Assembly (NCBI RefSeq): GCF_001194135.2 | Contig: NC_068993.1 | Location: 15,531,909 to 15,587,516, forward strand | Length of the DNA stretch: 55,608 nucleotides | Source: Octopus bimaculoides | Taxonomy: Eukaryota | Reading direction: 5' to 3' | Shown here: piece by piece, positions 36,516 through 51,065 of the stretch | Numbering within the stretch: the first letter of the stretch is position 1 | Layout of the letters: the number at the start of each line of letters is the position of its first letter | Position numbers and translations under genes: made by a program | Notes under the pieces: generated by a model | The model's input: only the letters and a program-made list of their open reading frames with translations | What the model was told of the DNA's origin: nothing | The model's database searches: none

Positions 36516-37675
36516 CGTACAGAAGAGAAAACGTGCTTTTGAACTGCTTATACCAATGCTTTACAGCGATAATATTTTCGGTTGGCCTGAGACAGCGATA
36601 ATAAAAGTAGAAATCTCGTAGTTGCTTAATTGAATATAATGTAAAGATTGCTGCTTAAAATTTTAAGTTCTCTAATAATTGGCTAAAAAATTCGGTCGAA
36701 GAAATATAAATGTACTCTAAAGATATAATCATTAGTTTCGCACTATATACGTTTTAGCGTAAGATATTTGTGTCCGGGCAAATGTTATATATTTTTAGGT
36801 AAACAAATTAGAGACGCTAGATTTATAGTCGCCTACTAGGAAAGACAAACAATGAATATATTTATTAATAAACTAGAAGCTTTATATGCACTGAACTGCA
36901 GATATAGATATTGTAATCTTCTGTTTATGCATATACTAAGAATGAGTTTACGTCAAGCGATGTTAAGAGTAACAGTAATGCTTCAAAACTAATGGAACAA
37001 ATGTTAATATTTACGAAGTGAAATGAAAAAGGAATAACGGCAACCATAAGAAGTGAGAGAAGATTGGAAAGGAATAGAATAAATTGGACAGGATTGTGAA
37101 GTAACTGAAAGTAGGGAATCCCATAAATATGGAGATAGTGTTGGAGATTAACACGATTAGATTTGGTATACATAAACATACATATACACATATAGATCTA
37201 CGTATATATAGATATGCATTTAGACACAAAAACTAAATATATTCTGTAGATAAACAAATGTGTACAAGCATGTAAAAAATAATATATGTTTACAAAGAAA
37301 TTTACTTATACTTTGAGTATAAAAGAATAAAGAAGACGAAGGGGAAAATGCATAATTTTTTAAAGTCAACAGCTGTTTCTGGGAGCTCAAAATTATATAA
37401 TAATTTTAATGTTCATAATTAGCAGATACAAAGTGTAAAAGGTCGTAGGTGTACAAGCCGTTGATGGACGCATAAAGACATTACCGTAACACAGACCACA
37501 TTCGTCAATATATATATGTGTGTGTGCGTGTGTATGTGTGTGAGTGTGTGTATATATTATATATATATTTTATATATATATTATATATATTATATAAATA
37601 TATAATATATATATTATATATGTATATATATATATCCCTATATAGGTATATCAATATATATTTTCGCCATGATAG

Positions 37676-37860
37676 ATCGCTAACCACTACACACATTTTT
37701 TTTCTCTCCTTGTTTCTGTTTGTGTTCCTTTCTGTGGAAGAGCGTAGGCTCGAAACCTTAAAGACTTTTTCAATTCCCGAGCGTTATACTAATACATCTA
37801 CTTGTTTACTACACCACCTGTCTTCGTCTGCTGTTCTTTTTTTTTGTGAATTTTCCCTAT
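37676..37860 (+). mobile_element. Penelope-like hammerhead element HH1, copy 3
   Basis: About 180-bp alignment with the reverse complement of 588-767. Confidence 0.75.
37728..37763 (+). ncRNA. Degenerate hammerhead motif
   Basis: CUUU-CUGUGGA-A-GAGC-GUAG-GCUC-GAAA-CC-UU-AAAG; A6U and G16.2C changes. Confidence 0.55.
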
Positions 37861-37972
37861 ATGTGTGTGTGCATATGTGTGTGTGTGTATGTGTGTGTGT
37901 GGGTGTNNNNNNNNNNTGTGAATTTTCCCTATATGTGTGTGTGCATATGTGTGTGTGTGTATGTGTGTGTGT

Positions 37973-38009
<37 letters not shown>

Positions 38010-39549
38010 TGTCTGTATGTCTGTCTGTCAAGTATAAACATGTTTATTTCAATCACTATCTCATCATCAGCTCGCCTGGCTTTCTTTTATAGCCACTCTT
38101 TACTCTCCATGGACCTTCGATAAAAACCGTTTGAGCGCCCGTAACGTATTTGCTATATGGAGCACCTTTACATCTCACATATTGACCGAAATCTACAGAT
38201 ATGTATATATGTGTGTATGCTGTATGTATATGTCTATGTATGTGCGTCTGTGTGTGTATGTGTGTATTTGAGTGTGTAAAGAGAGTCACATACCGTGAAA
38301 AAATATCAGCATATTTCACAAACTAAAAGGAGTGGCATAAAGTCTGCCTAATTTGTAACAACTAAAATGAAGTCGCCGAAATAGCAAAAACGTAAACATT
38401 ATTATAGGATACAAGCTATGTCGAATATAGAAGCATTGGTATGACGGGTTACGGGGCGCACTTCTAAAATGAGCCTTCCAAACAGGTCTGAGAAGCACCG
38501 ACACGGTTTTCTAATACACAATAAGGCCCCTCAAAATTAATTTAATCTAGTAAATAATTGTCTGAAATGAGACTTAGGTCGATATAGATCCTTAATGTTT
38601 ACGATGAAGAGATAGGTGTCGCTCTAGGAGCTCACCTAGATAAAGGTACCAGATCAGGTGTCGGTTGGTATGAAACAACAGCGGATGTGAAATCCAGAAA
38701 GATGGCAATCATATCTGAAGAAAAGAATAGAGTGTTCAATTATTAGCATTTCAATAATATCACAATTACTACCAACACCACCAGAATATCAGGATAACTA
38801 GAATCACCGCAACTACCAACTGCTAAATATGTCGGTTCTCACTCATTACCACAAGTTTAGAAATAATAACAAACGTAAAACGGGCAGCAATAATAACATC
38901 ATAATGACATCACTGGCGGCCCCAACACGATCATTACATCAACGCCATGAATAACCTCATCATCATCAGCAACAGCAATAACAACAATGCATGCACCGAC
39001 TATACAAATCTAAACGTTGAAAAGATACAGTTGACATTTCCAAAAATAATATTTACACAAATTCTACAGATATAGAACTTCAATATAACGCAACTAGAAT
39101 CGATCTCTTGTTTATCTCAGCGTATATCGTAGGTTTCCATTCATTTCCTTATAACAATGTCATCTTTGGAAAGAAATGTATACGTTATGAATGTTTACAT
39201 ATGAATGAATTTATATATATATATATATNNNNNNNNNNNNNNNNNNNNNNNNNNNNNNNNNNNNNNNNNNNNNNNNNNNNNNNNNNNNNNNNNNNNNNNN
39301 NNNNNNNNNNNNNNNNNNNNNNNNNNNNNNNNNNNNNNNNNNNNNNNNNNNNNNNNNNNNNNNNNNNNNNNNNNNNNNNNNNNNNNNNNNNNNNNNNNNN
39401 NNNNNNNNNNNNNNNNNNNNNNNNNNNNNNNNNNNNNNNNNNNNNNNNNNNNNNNNNNNNNNNNNNNNNNNNNNNNNNNNNNNNNNNNNNNNNNNNNNNN
39501 NNNNNNNNNNNNNNNNNNNNNNNNNNNNNNNNNNNNNNNNNNNNNNNNN

Positions 39550-39581
<32 letters not shown>

Positions 39582-39806
39582 CGTGTATATATATATATGT
39601 GCATAAATGTATGTGTGTGTACATGTATGGATACTATACACATAAATAAATATATATATACATACATAGGTATGTATGTGATAATGACTAAATGAATATG
39701 CGTATACGTTTGCATGTAAGAGAGTGTGTGCATGCATGTACGTATAATATAAATTTGCAAATATGAGTGTATATATGTGTATGCATATTAATGCGTATAT
39801 ATACGT

Positions 39807-39840
<34 letters not shown>

Positions 39841-40701
39841 ACATATATGTATATATATACATATACTTATATAGTTTCTATCATCTACATATACATACCA
39901 GTTTGTATGCGTATATACGTCACATACATACACATATATAAACGCATACACATAAACAAATATAAGTTTATGTATATTTTTGTGCGTACACATACATACA
40001 GACACACACACACACACATACGTACATACATACATACATACATACATACATGCATGCATACATACATACATAGAACCGTACATAGATATAGATAAACATC
40101 AATGTGTCTATTTGTATGCGTTTACATTTGTATTCATTTCCTCTTCATATTCATAATATGAACATTTCGGCCAACGGACAATTGAGTAGTTTGTTGCATG
40201 AGCGAGCGCAACTATCAGTGTTTGTACGCTAGCGTGCATCTGCATGCATCTGTGTGCGGAATGCGTCTGATATAAATGAACGCATATCGAGTTGATACGT
40301 ATGCGCAACTTTATGAACGCTTGTGTACGGTGGATTTCACTGCTTATGTCAATGACTATGCGTTAAGAGACAGCTTTAAAGGCAAGTTATTCTTATTAAA
40401 CAAATCAAGTTAAGCTTCGTGGAAGGGGTGAGTAAAATGACCAAAGGCCATCGAAAACAACATACAATTGCACATTGCTATACCAACTGCAGTTTCTCTC
40501 GTTTTGTCCTTCGGGTGATGTCTATTAATCTTTTCCACCGACTTGGTAATAAATAATGAAAATTGATCTTAACTCATTCTCAATTTTTCTAGCCCCATTC
40601 CTTCTATCCCGCTCTCTCTATATATATATTTATATATGTATGTGTTTATGCATGTACGTATGTATGCATATGTTTGTGTGAATATAGATAGATAGATAGA
40701 T

Positions 40702-40734
<33 letters not shown>

Positions 40735-40750
40735 CTCATGTATGTATGTG

Positions 40751-40791
<41 letters not shown>

Positions 40792-41039
40792 GTATACTCT
40801 TGTTTGCATAATTTTCTTTACTTCGCCTTTGTACTCTCGCTCTCTATTTCTATCTCTCTCTCTACCTCTCTTTCTCTCTAATTTATCATCTATTATTGTA
40901 TTTATCAGTTGTTCTATCGGCACTACACAAAAACTCAAGCGCACAAACACACATGGATACACATATATATATATGCACACACATACTTGGATATATACAT
41001 AGAAAGCTAAAGAGACAGACAGACAGACATGTAGACGAG

Positions 41040-41124
41040 TATATAGACAGAATGGCAGACAAACTGACATGTGGATGGGTATATAGACAGAAAGAAAGAC
41101 AGACTGACAGACAGACAGAGAGAA

Positions 41125-41196
<72 letters not shown>

Positions 41197-41197
41197 G

Positions 41198-41245
<48 letters not shown>
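41040..41245. repeat. (GACA)n(GATA)n compound tetranucleotide microsatellite
   Basis: Direct reading; same compound at 34938-35026. Confidence 0.95.
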
Positions 41246-41246
<1 letters not shown>

Positions 41247-41847
41247 TGTGAATGATAATAATAAGAGAGTAAAAGCAAGTTATATGGATGTTTCTCTTCA
41301 CATCTGTCATGTCAACTGAGATATCCAGTAATATTTCCGAATATTCTTGCATCATAGATACTCCCTCAGGTGTTACTATCCAATTATCAACCTTGATATT
41401 CAACCAATCATCCCACTTCTACTATTTCTACAGTCTTCTCATGCGCCAAGGCTAATTATTTAAGGAATATTTCGTAATGAAATTCTTTCGATTACGTCAT
41501 CGGCCATGGAGTCACACTTCCTGTTATTGGTTGTTGGTGTTGGACAAACAGTTTCTTACACGTTGGGGGCAATATCTACTTCCTGGAAGCGGCTGGATCT
41601 TCGTCTGTTCGACAATTCTCATCCTTCTTCTCCTAAACCGAATTCATACACGCACATTCCACCAACCTCTTCTTCATCTTTCCCATTTGCCCCCTACCCT
41701 TTCTCTCCCTCCTCTAATTAATTCTTGTGGCAGCACTGTGTATACCTGTGTTCTGTTATTTCTTTATTTTCCCTTCTTTTGTATATTTTCCTAATCCTTT
41801 ATATTGTTATTATGTATATTTTCATTTTCACATCTCTCTCTGTCTTT

Positions 41848-41901
<54 letters not shown>

Positions 41902-42422
41902 NNNNNNNNNNNNNNNNNNNNNNNNNNNNNNNNNNNNNNNNNNNNNNNNNNNNNNNNNNNNNNNNNNNNNNNNNNNNNNNNNNNNNNNNNNNNNNNNNNN
42001 NNNNNNNNNNNNNNNNNNNNNNNNNNNNNNNNNNNNNNNNNNNNNNNNNNNNNNNNNNNNNNNNNNNNNNNNNNNNNNNNNNNNNNNNNNNNNNNNNNNN
42101 NNNNNNNNNNNNNNNNNNNNNNNNNNNNNNNNNNNNNNNNNNNNNNNNNNNNNNNNNNNNNNNNNNNNNNNNNNNNNNNNNNNNNNNNNNNNNNNNNNNN
42201 NNNNNNNNNNNNNNNNNNNNNNNNNNNNNNNNNNNNNNNNNNNNNNNNNNNNNNNNNNNNNNNNNNNNNNNNNNNNNNNNNNNNNNNNNNNNNNNNNNNN
42301 NNNNNNNNNNNNNNNNNNNNNNNNNNNNNNNNNNNNNNNNNNNNNNNNNNNNNNNNNNNNNNNNNNNNNNNNNNNNNNNNNNNNNNNNNNNNNNNNNNNN
42401 NNNNNNNNNNNNNNNNNNNNNN

Positions 42423-42455
<33 letters not shown>

Positions 42456-42938
42456 TATAAAGAAAATAAGATATCATTATTGTTAAAAATAGTAATAATA
42501 AAGTGGCCAAGCAACCTTAACCCATACAAGTAAATATACATAAAGCTTGGGGTATAAAAAATACCAGCTATGCTAGAAAGAAGAGCCAACTCTCCAAACT
42601 CATATTTCTCAGTATAAACAGAACACACACGGTTAATGTAGCGAATATTAGAGAAAAAAAACACCCCTTTACCTTTGTAAACCGCAAAGAAAAGCAGAGT
42701 CGTCCCAGAATCAATTGATTTCACTTTTAGTACCGTGCAGTTTGGATCGTCAGCTGAACTTAATGTATTTAACTATTTTCTCAAAATATATACACTCCAT
42801 TAGAGATGGGGTAGAACTGTTTTTTTCTTATATTCGCTATATTAACCGTGCGTGTTTTGTTTATAGTGAGAAATGTGTGGCTTTGAAGATGTGACTGTCC
42901 TTTCTAGCATGGCTGGTATTATTTTATACCCTAATCTT

Positions 42939-42982
<44 letters not shown>

Positions 42983-43719
42983 CATTTGTAGTATAAGATA
43001 TGAATCCAGAGAAAGCTCCTCTAACGGTCTCGGCTATTAGGTCACATAATAATCCAATACAGGGAAGTGTATTTTGCAGACTGTGAATGTAACTGAAATC
43101 CAGAAGGTCCTGTGAATGAAGTCATTTTTGGAGGAGTGTACAAGCCATAAGACATAAGGAGATATCTGAGACAAATATATACATTTAACCACTTGACATT
43201 CTTATAATTACGGCCGTTTCGAGTTCTTCATGTGGTAATAATATTAGTGTGGAATAAATTATGTTTACATCTGTACGTTAAAATGCAATGTTACGAATTA
43301 TCCTGTAGAATTGTACACTCACAAAACAAAGCAAAGAAATAAAGTTACTCATCAGATAACCAAAATATTGGAGTTACACGAACGATTCAACTCAAAGTAT
43401 ACTTACGATGTTTTTTCTTTATATATACAATGTATGGAAGGCCGAAAGTATTTTGGTATGGTCCGTAAATAAAAAGAAAGCTAAAGATTTAACCTTTATT
43501 TCTATCACTAAAGGTGCAAGTATGAATATATTATCTACATTTGAATTTATTTAACTCTAATGTAAATGTATTCATTTACAAGTGCATGTATGGAACATTT
43601 ATATGCTACATTGTTACTACAGCAATAGCGGTCTAGTCGACATCGGGATTTTATTTCTACAATTACAGAAATTATTAACTTGATTAGTTAGAATAGGGTC
43701 ATCAGATTCATTCGGGTTA

Positions 43720-43895
43720 AGATGCGTGTCCCCACACACTGCTTGACAACCGGTGTTGAATTGTTTAGGTAACTTAGCGTTTTGGCCACAGAGATTATTA
43801 GAATAAGCACTGAAGTCGATTCGTGCGACTAAAATTCTTTTAGTCTCTACTTCACCATGGCCGCTGTTGAATGACTGACAGAAATAAGAGATAAA
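43720..43895 (+). mobile_element. SINE family B 3' fragment
   Basis: GCTTGACAACCGGTGTTG...AACTTAGCG...GAATAAG...GACTGA tail motifs. Confidence 0.65.
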
Positions 43896-45477
43896 AGGTA
43901 AAGGAACAGCGGAAGTTGTCACACGGCCTTGTAAGGTAGGAGGTCGGCAAAGCCTGACCCGAAGTAGAATGAATTTAGTCAGGAACTAAAGTGCAAAATG
44001 GTTATACTAGCAGAAGAAAAGGAAGTGTGAGAGGTGACCACATGTCTCTGTGCCAGAGAATGTAGAATATACGTGACTGAGTAAGCAAATCAGGTGGGGC
44101 AGCGGTGGGTGCTCTTTTCTCTCTGCAATTTACAATATTTTTATGTACATTTGTGTGTGTGAGTGTATACGTTTTGAGAAAGAAAGAGTGGGAAAGAGAA
44201 AGTCGTGTGAATGTGTACGTGCTGTATGTGTGTGAGCGTGTGTGTGTACGCGCGCCTCTGGTATGTTTGTGTGTGAGTGTGCGTCTGCAGAACCACTGTC
44301 CCAGATATGAACCCGATAAGCAATCGTGGCCGAAATCGGAACAGCAAAGTACTAACAACACGAGGCGAAATATCAATAAAAGAAGATAAATAGAGAGTGC
44401 ATCCTGATTAGAAAATTTATATCATTATGAATTTATATATATCGATATCTATCACTCACACACACACACACACACACACACACATTTACATATATGTAAT
44501 GTATGTATATATATATATAAATTCATANNNNNNNNNNNNNNNNNNNNNNNNNNNNNNNNNNNNNNNNNNNNNNNNNNNNNNNNNNNNNNNNNNNNNNNNN
44601 NNNNNNNNNNNNNNNNNNNNNNNNNNNNNNNNNNNNNNNNNNNNNNNNNNNNNNNNNNNNNNNNNNNNNNNNNNNNNNNNNNNNNNNNNNNNNNNNNNNN
44701 NNNNNNNNNNNNNNNNNNNNNNNNNNNNNNNNNNNNNNNNNNNNNNNNNNNNNNNNNNNNNNNNNNNNNNNNNNNNNNNNNNNNNNNNNNNNNNNNNNNN
44801 NNNNNNNNNNNNNNNNNNNNNNNNNNNNNNNNNNNNNNNNNNNNNNNNNNNNNNNNNNNNNNNNNNNNNNNNNNNNNNNNNNNNNNNNNNNNNNNNNNNN
44901 NNNNNNNNNNNNNNNNNNNNNNNATATATATATATATATACATCCCTGCGGGATTCAAGAATGGCCCTTTTGAGTGTCTGTGGAATTATTAACCAAAAGG
45001 TCAATGATTCATATTTAATATTGGAACTTTTTATCTTGTTTTCCCCGCCATAACCTAAATAATTCAACTATAAATAAGTACCTTTGCGTTACAGATTGCG
45101 AATCTAGACTAACAAAAATACCGAATCATTAACAACGATGAAATGACTGACCTAATTAATATCTCCTGAATAAAATAACGGAAGAGAAATATTAACTTAT
45201 TTCTGTCATCTAAATCCTCTGAATGATTGATTTATCAATATCGCCGCAAGATCGATATTTCGACCTATTTATCGTATTTTTAGTTCTATAATTCTATATT
45301 GGCTGTCAAATGGCTATATACTAGAAGATTTGAGTCGAGAATATTTGTGACACTTCGGTGAGGGGAGTATATGACTACCCAGTACTCTCTGATGCCGTGG
45401 CAAATGACCATGTTTTGCCAACAAAATTGAATAGATTTATGCTATTGCAAGAAATATTTATAGATATTATGCCAGAT

Positions 45478-45690
45478 TTAAGACGGAGAGCTGGCAGTGT
45501 CGTTAGCATTCCGGGCAAAATGCTTAACGGCACTTCGTCAGTCTTTATGTTCTGAGTTCAAATTCCGCCAAGGTCGAATTTGCATTTCGATGTCGAGAAA
45601 ATAAGTACCAGTTAAATAATGGCGTCGATGCAATCGACTTACTCCGCTTCTCCGAACGTACTTGTTCCGTACCAAAACTTGAAACCATTA
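45478..45690 (+). mobile_element. SINE family A
   Basis: Head, B box and tail present. Confidence 0.85.
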
Positions 45691-45824
45691 ATTTTGTGCC
45701 GGATTTAAGGCGGCAATGTTGATCTTGGCATGATTTGAACTCAATATATCGTTTCTGACGACAGAAATTTCGAGGGAGTGGTCTATGACGTTACAATATA
45801 CACCGGAACTTCATTGCTTCTTAC

Positions 45825-46080
45825 TTTATCGCTCTTATTAAAGGGACATAAACAAAGCAGCACCGGTTGTCTAGCAGTTAAAGAGGAACACAAGCACCAA
45901 GAGACGTATGTACAGAGCTACTCAAGCACATCTGCACGACAAGTTTCACACAGCTTCCCTCAACGAAATCACTCACAATGTAATGGGCGGTCCGGAGCTA
46001 TAGCGGGAAAAGATTGCACTGAAACCGAAACCATATGGTTCCCAAGAGAGCTTCATCACCACACAGTCATGCCTGCACCT
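45825..46080 (-). mobile_element. SINE family B, degenerate
   Basis: Reverse head CACCACACAGTCATGCCTGC and GGGACATAAACAAAGCAGCACCGGTTGTC. Confidence 0.7.
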
Positions 46081-46153
46081 CTTTTAGAAATTAACATTAA
46101 AACAGAGCGGAAACAATAGACAAGGTGTTTCGAGGTATTACTCGCCCTGCGCA

Positions 46154-46370
46154 TAAGGCGGTGAGCTGGCAGAAACGTTAGCACGCCGGGCGAAATGCTT
46201 AGCGATATTTCTTCTGTCTTTATGTTCTGAGTTCAAATTCCGCCGAGGTCGACTTTGCCTTTCATCCTTTCGGGGTCGATAAATTAAGTACCAGTTACGT
46301 ACCGGGGTTGATAAAATCGACTGGTCTCCTCCCCAAAAATTTAGGGCGTTGTGCTTAGAGTAGAAAAGAT
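46154..46370 (+). mobile_element. SINE family A, little-diverged full-length copy
   Basis: All consensus motifs intact; candidate TSD ATTACTCGCCCTGCGC / ATTACTCGTCCGACGC. Confidence 0.92.
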
Positions 46371-46824
46371 TACTCGTCCGACGCCAAAANNNNNNNNNNN
46401 NNNNNNNNNNNNNNNNNNNNNNNNNNNNNNNNNNNNNNNNNNNNNNNNNNNNNNNNNNNNNNNNNNNNNNNNNNNNNNNNNNNNNNNNNNNNNNNNNNNN
46501 NNNNNNNNNNNNNNNNNNNNNNNNNNNNNNNNNNNNNNNNNNNNNNNNNNNNNNNNNNNNNNNNNNNNNNNNNNNNNNNNNNNNNNNNNNNNNNNNNNNN
46601 NNNNNNNNNNNNNNNNNNNNNNNNNNNNNNNNNNNNNNNNNNNNNNNNNNNNNNNNNNNNNNNNNNNNNNNNNNNNNNNNNNNNNNNNNNNNNNNNNNNN
46701 NNNNNNNNNNNNNNNNNNNNNNNNNNNNNNNNNNNNNNNNNNNNNNNNNNNNNNNNNNNNNNNNNNNNNNNNNNNNNNNNNNNNNNNNNNNNNNNNNNNN
46801 NNNNNNNNNNNNNNNNNNNNNNNN

Positions 46825-46886
<62 letters not shown>

Positions 46887-47221
46887 CTAACAACTAATAT
46901 TTTATGTTTTGTAAAATATAATTTGAGTAAAGCACTTACCTGGTTTGTGATTCACCTATGCTAAATATTTAGAACTATAGATTGTATATGCGATAATGCT
47001 GCTGCTGCTGATGATGATGATGATGACGATGATGATGATAAATGACATAGCATAACGCAACATAAGTACCAGCAAATAACTGCGTTTTAACCTCTTCTAG
47101 CGTATGCAGCCGATTACACGTGTTAGAAATACGTGATTATTTTGCTCTGTATAAGCAAACCAATCATAATACTTGTGTTAGAACGTAAGTAAGATTATTC
47201 CAGCTGAGAAACTATGAGATT

Positions 47222-47275
<54 letters not shown>

Positions 47276-47546
47276 NNNNNNNNNNNNNNNNNNNNNNNNN
47301 NNNNNNNNNNNNNNNNNNNNNNNNNNNNNNNNNNNNNNNNNNNNNNNNNNNNNNNNNNNNNNNNNNNNNNNNNNNNNNNNNNNNNNNNNNNNNNNNNNNN
47401 NNNNNNNNNNNNNNNNNNNNNNNNNNNNNNNNNNNNNNNNNNNNNNNNNNNNNNNNNNNNNNNNNNNNNNNNNNNNNNNNNNNNNNNNNNNNNNNNNNNN
47501 NNNNNNNNNNNNNNNNNNNNNNNNNNNNNNNNNNNNNNNNNNNNNN

Positions 47547-47597
<51 letters not shown>

Positions 47598-48007
47598 TAC
47601 GTATGTATCTATGTATACGTGTATAGAAAAGTATGGAATACCTTTGACCTTAAATTCGTTTACAAGACAAGCAAGAAGAGAGTTAGTTCTGAACCAATGG
47701 TTTTGCTCTCTCATTTAGTGACATTGAATCAATAATCAAATTTTTGTTTCCCGATTTCTGCTCTTTTTCCTGTATAATGTCACCGATACTTTTGGGAAAT
47801 GCAATTTTCATTCCGTTCGACAATGAGTCTGAGAAATTGGCTATTTCTACCAAATAGAATATATATATAGACATCTGATTTTATCCAAACAACGAGCTTC
47901 GATAACTATCAATGTGGGGGTATGTAAATATGTATATATGTGAGTTTGAGTATATGTGTGTGTGTGATAGAGAGAGAGAGTGAGTGAGTGAGTGAGTGAG
48001 TGAGTGA

Positions 48008-48062
<55 letters not shown>

Positions 48063-48244
48063 TGACATTATTGATATGTATCAGCACAAATTAGTCAGGT
48101 TATGTAAATAGTGATAGACGGGTCAAATTTTAGTGCTGGTCATGTTATTAATGATACCACCACACCCTTCCAAGCATAACCACCTCCATTAGTACTACTA
48201 CTACTACTATCTTTATCCTTATTATTTTTATTTTTATTTTTATT

Positions 48245-48700
48245 AATTGGCGAGCTGGCAGAATCGTTGATACCCTGGATAAAATGCTTAGCGGTATTTC
48301 ACCCGTCGCTACGTTCTGAGTTCTAATTCCACACATGTTGACTTTGCTTTTCATCCTTTTGGCATCGATAAATTAAGTACCAGTGGAACACCGGGGTCGA
48401 TGTAATCGATTCATCCCCCTACCCGAAAACGGCTGCCCTTGTGGAAAAAAATTTGAAACCACTATTATTATTAATATTATTATTATCATCATGATTATTA
48501 TTAAGGCGGCGAGCTGGCGGAATCGTTGACACGGTGAACGAAATAATTAACGATATTCCACCCATCGCTACGTTCTGAGTTCAAATTCTGCCGAGGTCGA
48601 CTTTGCCTTTCATGTTTTCGTGGACAATGAAATAGGTACCAGTTGAACACTGGATTCGATGTAATGGACTCCCCTGACCTTGTGGCAGCAATTTTGAATT
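48245..48700 (+). mobile_element. Two tandem SINE family A copies (48245-48460, 48502-48700)
   Basis: Two heads (GGCGAGCTGG) and two B boxes, separated by (TTA)-rich linker. Confidence 0.88.
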
Positions 48701-48709
48701 ATTATTATT

Positions 48710-48890
48710 ATGTCTATGTGGTTAAGAAGCTCACTTGGAAACCATTTGAGCAAGTGGTTTCTACTATAGCCCCGGACCAACCATTCCTTGTGAGTGAATG
48801 TGATTGAGAGGAGCTGTACTGAAGCTCGATGAATATACATACGTGTGTGTGTCTTTGCAATTGTGTTTATCCCTCCATCGCTTGTATAAA
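48710..48890 (+). mobile_element. SINE family B, deleted/degenerate
   Basis: CTATGTGGTTAAGAAGCTC...GAGCAAGTGG-TTCTACTATAGCCC. Confidence 0.65.
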
Positions 48891-48939
48891 ATCAGATTCT
48901 TTTTTCCTCCTTTCTTTTTTTGTAAAAAAATAAAACCGG

Positions 48940-49210
48940 CTCTCCTATGGTTACGACGACAAGGATTCTATTTGATGCGATCATCAGAAAAGCCTACTCA
49001 TGAAATTAACATGCAAGTGGTTGAGTACACCACAGGAAGTTTCGACGTGACACAGAATGTGGCACGGCTGACCTTTCGAATTACAAATGCCAGATGAGAA
49101 AACTGGCAAAACGTGAATTAAGTATCTTGCTCAAAGACACAACGCGCCACTAGATATCGAACCCACGACCTTCCGATTGCGAGCGGATAAATCAAACCAC
49201 GAAGCCACTA
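48940..49210 (-). mobile_element. SINE family C-related, degenerate
   Basis: GAAATTAACATGCAAGTGG-TGAGTAC shared with 29355-29385; reverse tRNA head at 49140-49210. Confidence 0.7.
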
Positions 49211-49380
49211 ATTTTGGCACAATGCCAGCAATTTTAGTGGGAAGGGGTTATTTTATCGGCCCCAAAAAGATGAAAGGCAAAGTCGACCTCGGCAGAATTG
49301 TGCTCAGACCGTAAAGAGGGACGAAATACCGCTAATCATTTTTCCAGTTGTGCTATCGATTCTGTAAGCTTTCCGCCTTT
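49211..49380 (-). mobile_element. SINE family A
   Basis: GATGAAAGGCAAAGTCGACCTCGGC...GAAATACCGCTAA. Confidence 0.8.
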
Positions 49381-50622
49381 CTCTTCCTCGCTCAATATAT
49401 ATTGGTACTGATTTTGCATGAAACCCAACAACTTTTATATCATATTTCGAAGTCCTACTCCTTAAGAAAATTTCTCTGCAAAAACCTGGTGTGACCCGCA
49501 GGTTTCATAGTTTTTGACCTTGATATGCCACAAGGGGGTATATTTTAATATCTCGATCGTTATCGAATAGCTGTCGGCAGACATAGCTAGCCGCAACCAC
49601 GACGATAAAATACGATTACAAAAGGCGAAGTGCATAGATAAAAGTATTTATGCATTTCTCACAAATCAAGAGATCTTGGTTTATAAGCGAGATTACAGTT
49701 TCTTCGCATAACTATAAGTATAAATATTCAACATGGTTCTTGAAAATCAAGACAGATCAGTACATGAACCAGGTTGACTATTTTTCACTTTACATATGAC
49801 ACTAATATCAATAAGAACGGCCTGATGAAAGACATGATGCCCTTTTATCTCTCCTTTGAAAATATAGTGTCTATAGAGACATTTACAAAGAAAATAATAT
49901 TCTTTTATATAGAGAAAATTTTATCTATTAATTATATTAGTGTGAATATAACGGCATAGTCTATTGGACGCCGTACTAAATATCGGTATTCAATTTCCTA
50001 AATCTCTACCACCCGGGTCGGTCCATTATGTATATCAAGACTTTAATTTCAATATGATTAGAAAATCATTATGGAGGGGGTCATTGAAACACTGGCAAAG
50101 TTGTGGCCTTGCATGCTTATTCAAAGCTTACAATTAGAATACGTATTTCAGTTTATATCGAAAAACATTCACTTTTTATGCTTTCACTGTTTATTTCGTA
50201 CTGTAAATTTAATCAGAAATCTATGAGAGTATATCTGACATGTGTACAATCAGTTTCATATTTACTACAGGAATGAATGTTCTAAAATTGCAGAAATTTC
50301 ATTTAGGACGTAGAATGCAGTTTATGAATCTTATATATGTAGCAGAAAGAATATTGCTCTCTACCTGAAAATGGGACAAACTTGAATATACTACTACATG
50401 TATTTTATGTATCATAGCTTTATAGCACAACTGTATTACAGTTAATGAGACTTTCATTAGTAGAGCCGGAAAACAGTAATGTTTTATAGGTATTTTTTTT
50501 ATTTAATCTGTAACAAAATGGGTGACTGTATCATGGATAGGTGCCTTCAACAAATCTTTATATTCCTGCATTAAACTCATGTTAATTAGTGATCGTTTAA
50601 CTACTTACTGAGAAAGCGAAAG

Positions 50623-51065
50623 AAGGTGACAAGCAGGCAGAATCGTTAGCACGCCGGAGACAAATGTTTAGCGCCATATTATCCGGTTTTATGTTCTGAG
50701 TTCAAATTTGGATGAAGTTGCGTTTTGCTTTTAATTTTTTCAGGGTCGATATAATATACCGGCGAGCTGGCAGAATCGTTTGCACGCTGGGCGAAATGCT
50801 TAGTGGTATTTCGTCTGCCGTTACGTTCGGATTTCAAATTCCGCCGAGGTCGATTTTGCCTTTCATCTTTTCGGGGTCGATTAAATAAGTACTAGTTATA
50901 CACTCGGGTCGATGTAATTGACTCAATTCCTTTGTCTGTCCTTGTATGTCCCCTCTATGTTTAGCCTCCCTGTGGACAATAAAGAAATAAATATATGCAC
51001 TGTGGGTCCATGTAATCGACTAACATGTTCCCCTATAAATGCTGGCTTTGTGCCAAAATTTGAAA
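50623..51065 (+). mobile_element. Tandem SINE family A copies (50623-50760, 50761-50990) plus tail fragment
   Basis: The second copy has the same alternative CCTTTGTCTGTCCTTG tail as 1841-2019. Confidence 0.85.

Noticed and set aside
49400-49765. Possible MITE with GTACTGAT/ATCAGTAC ends
   Set aside because: Only 8 bp of clean inverted match in AT-rich sequence; insufficient.
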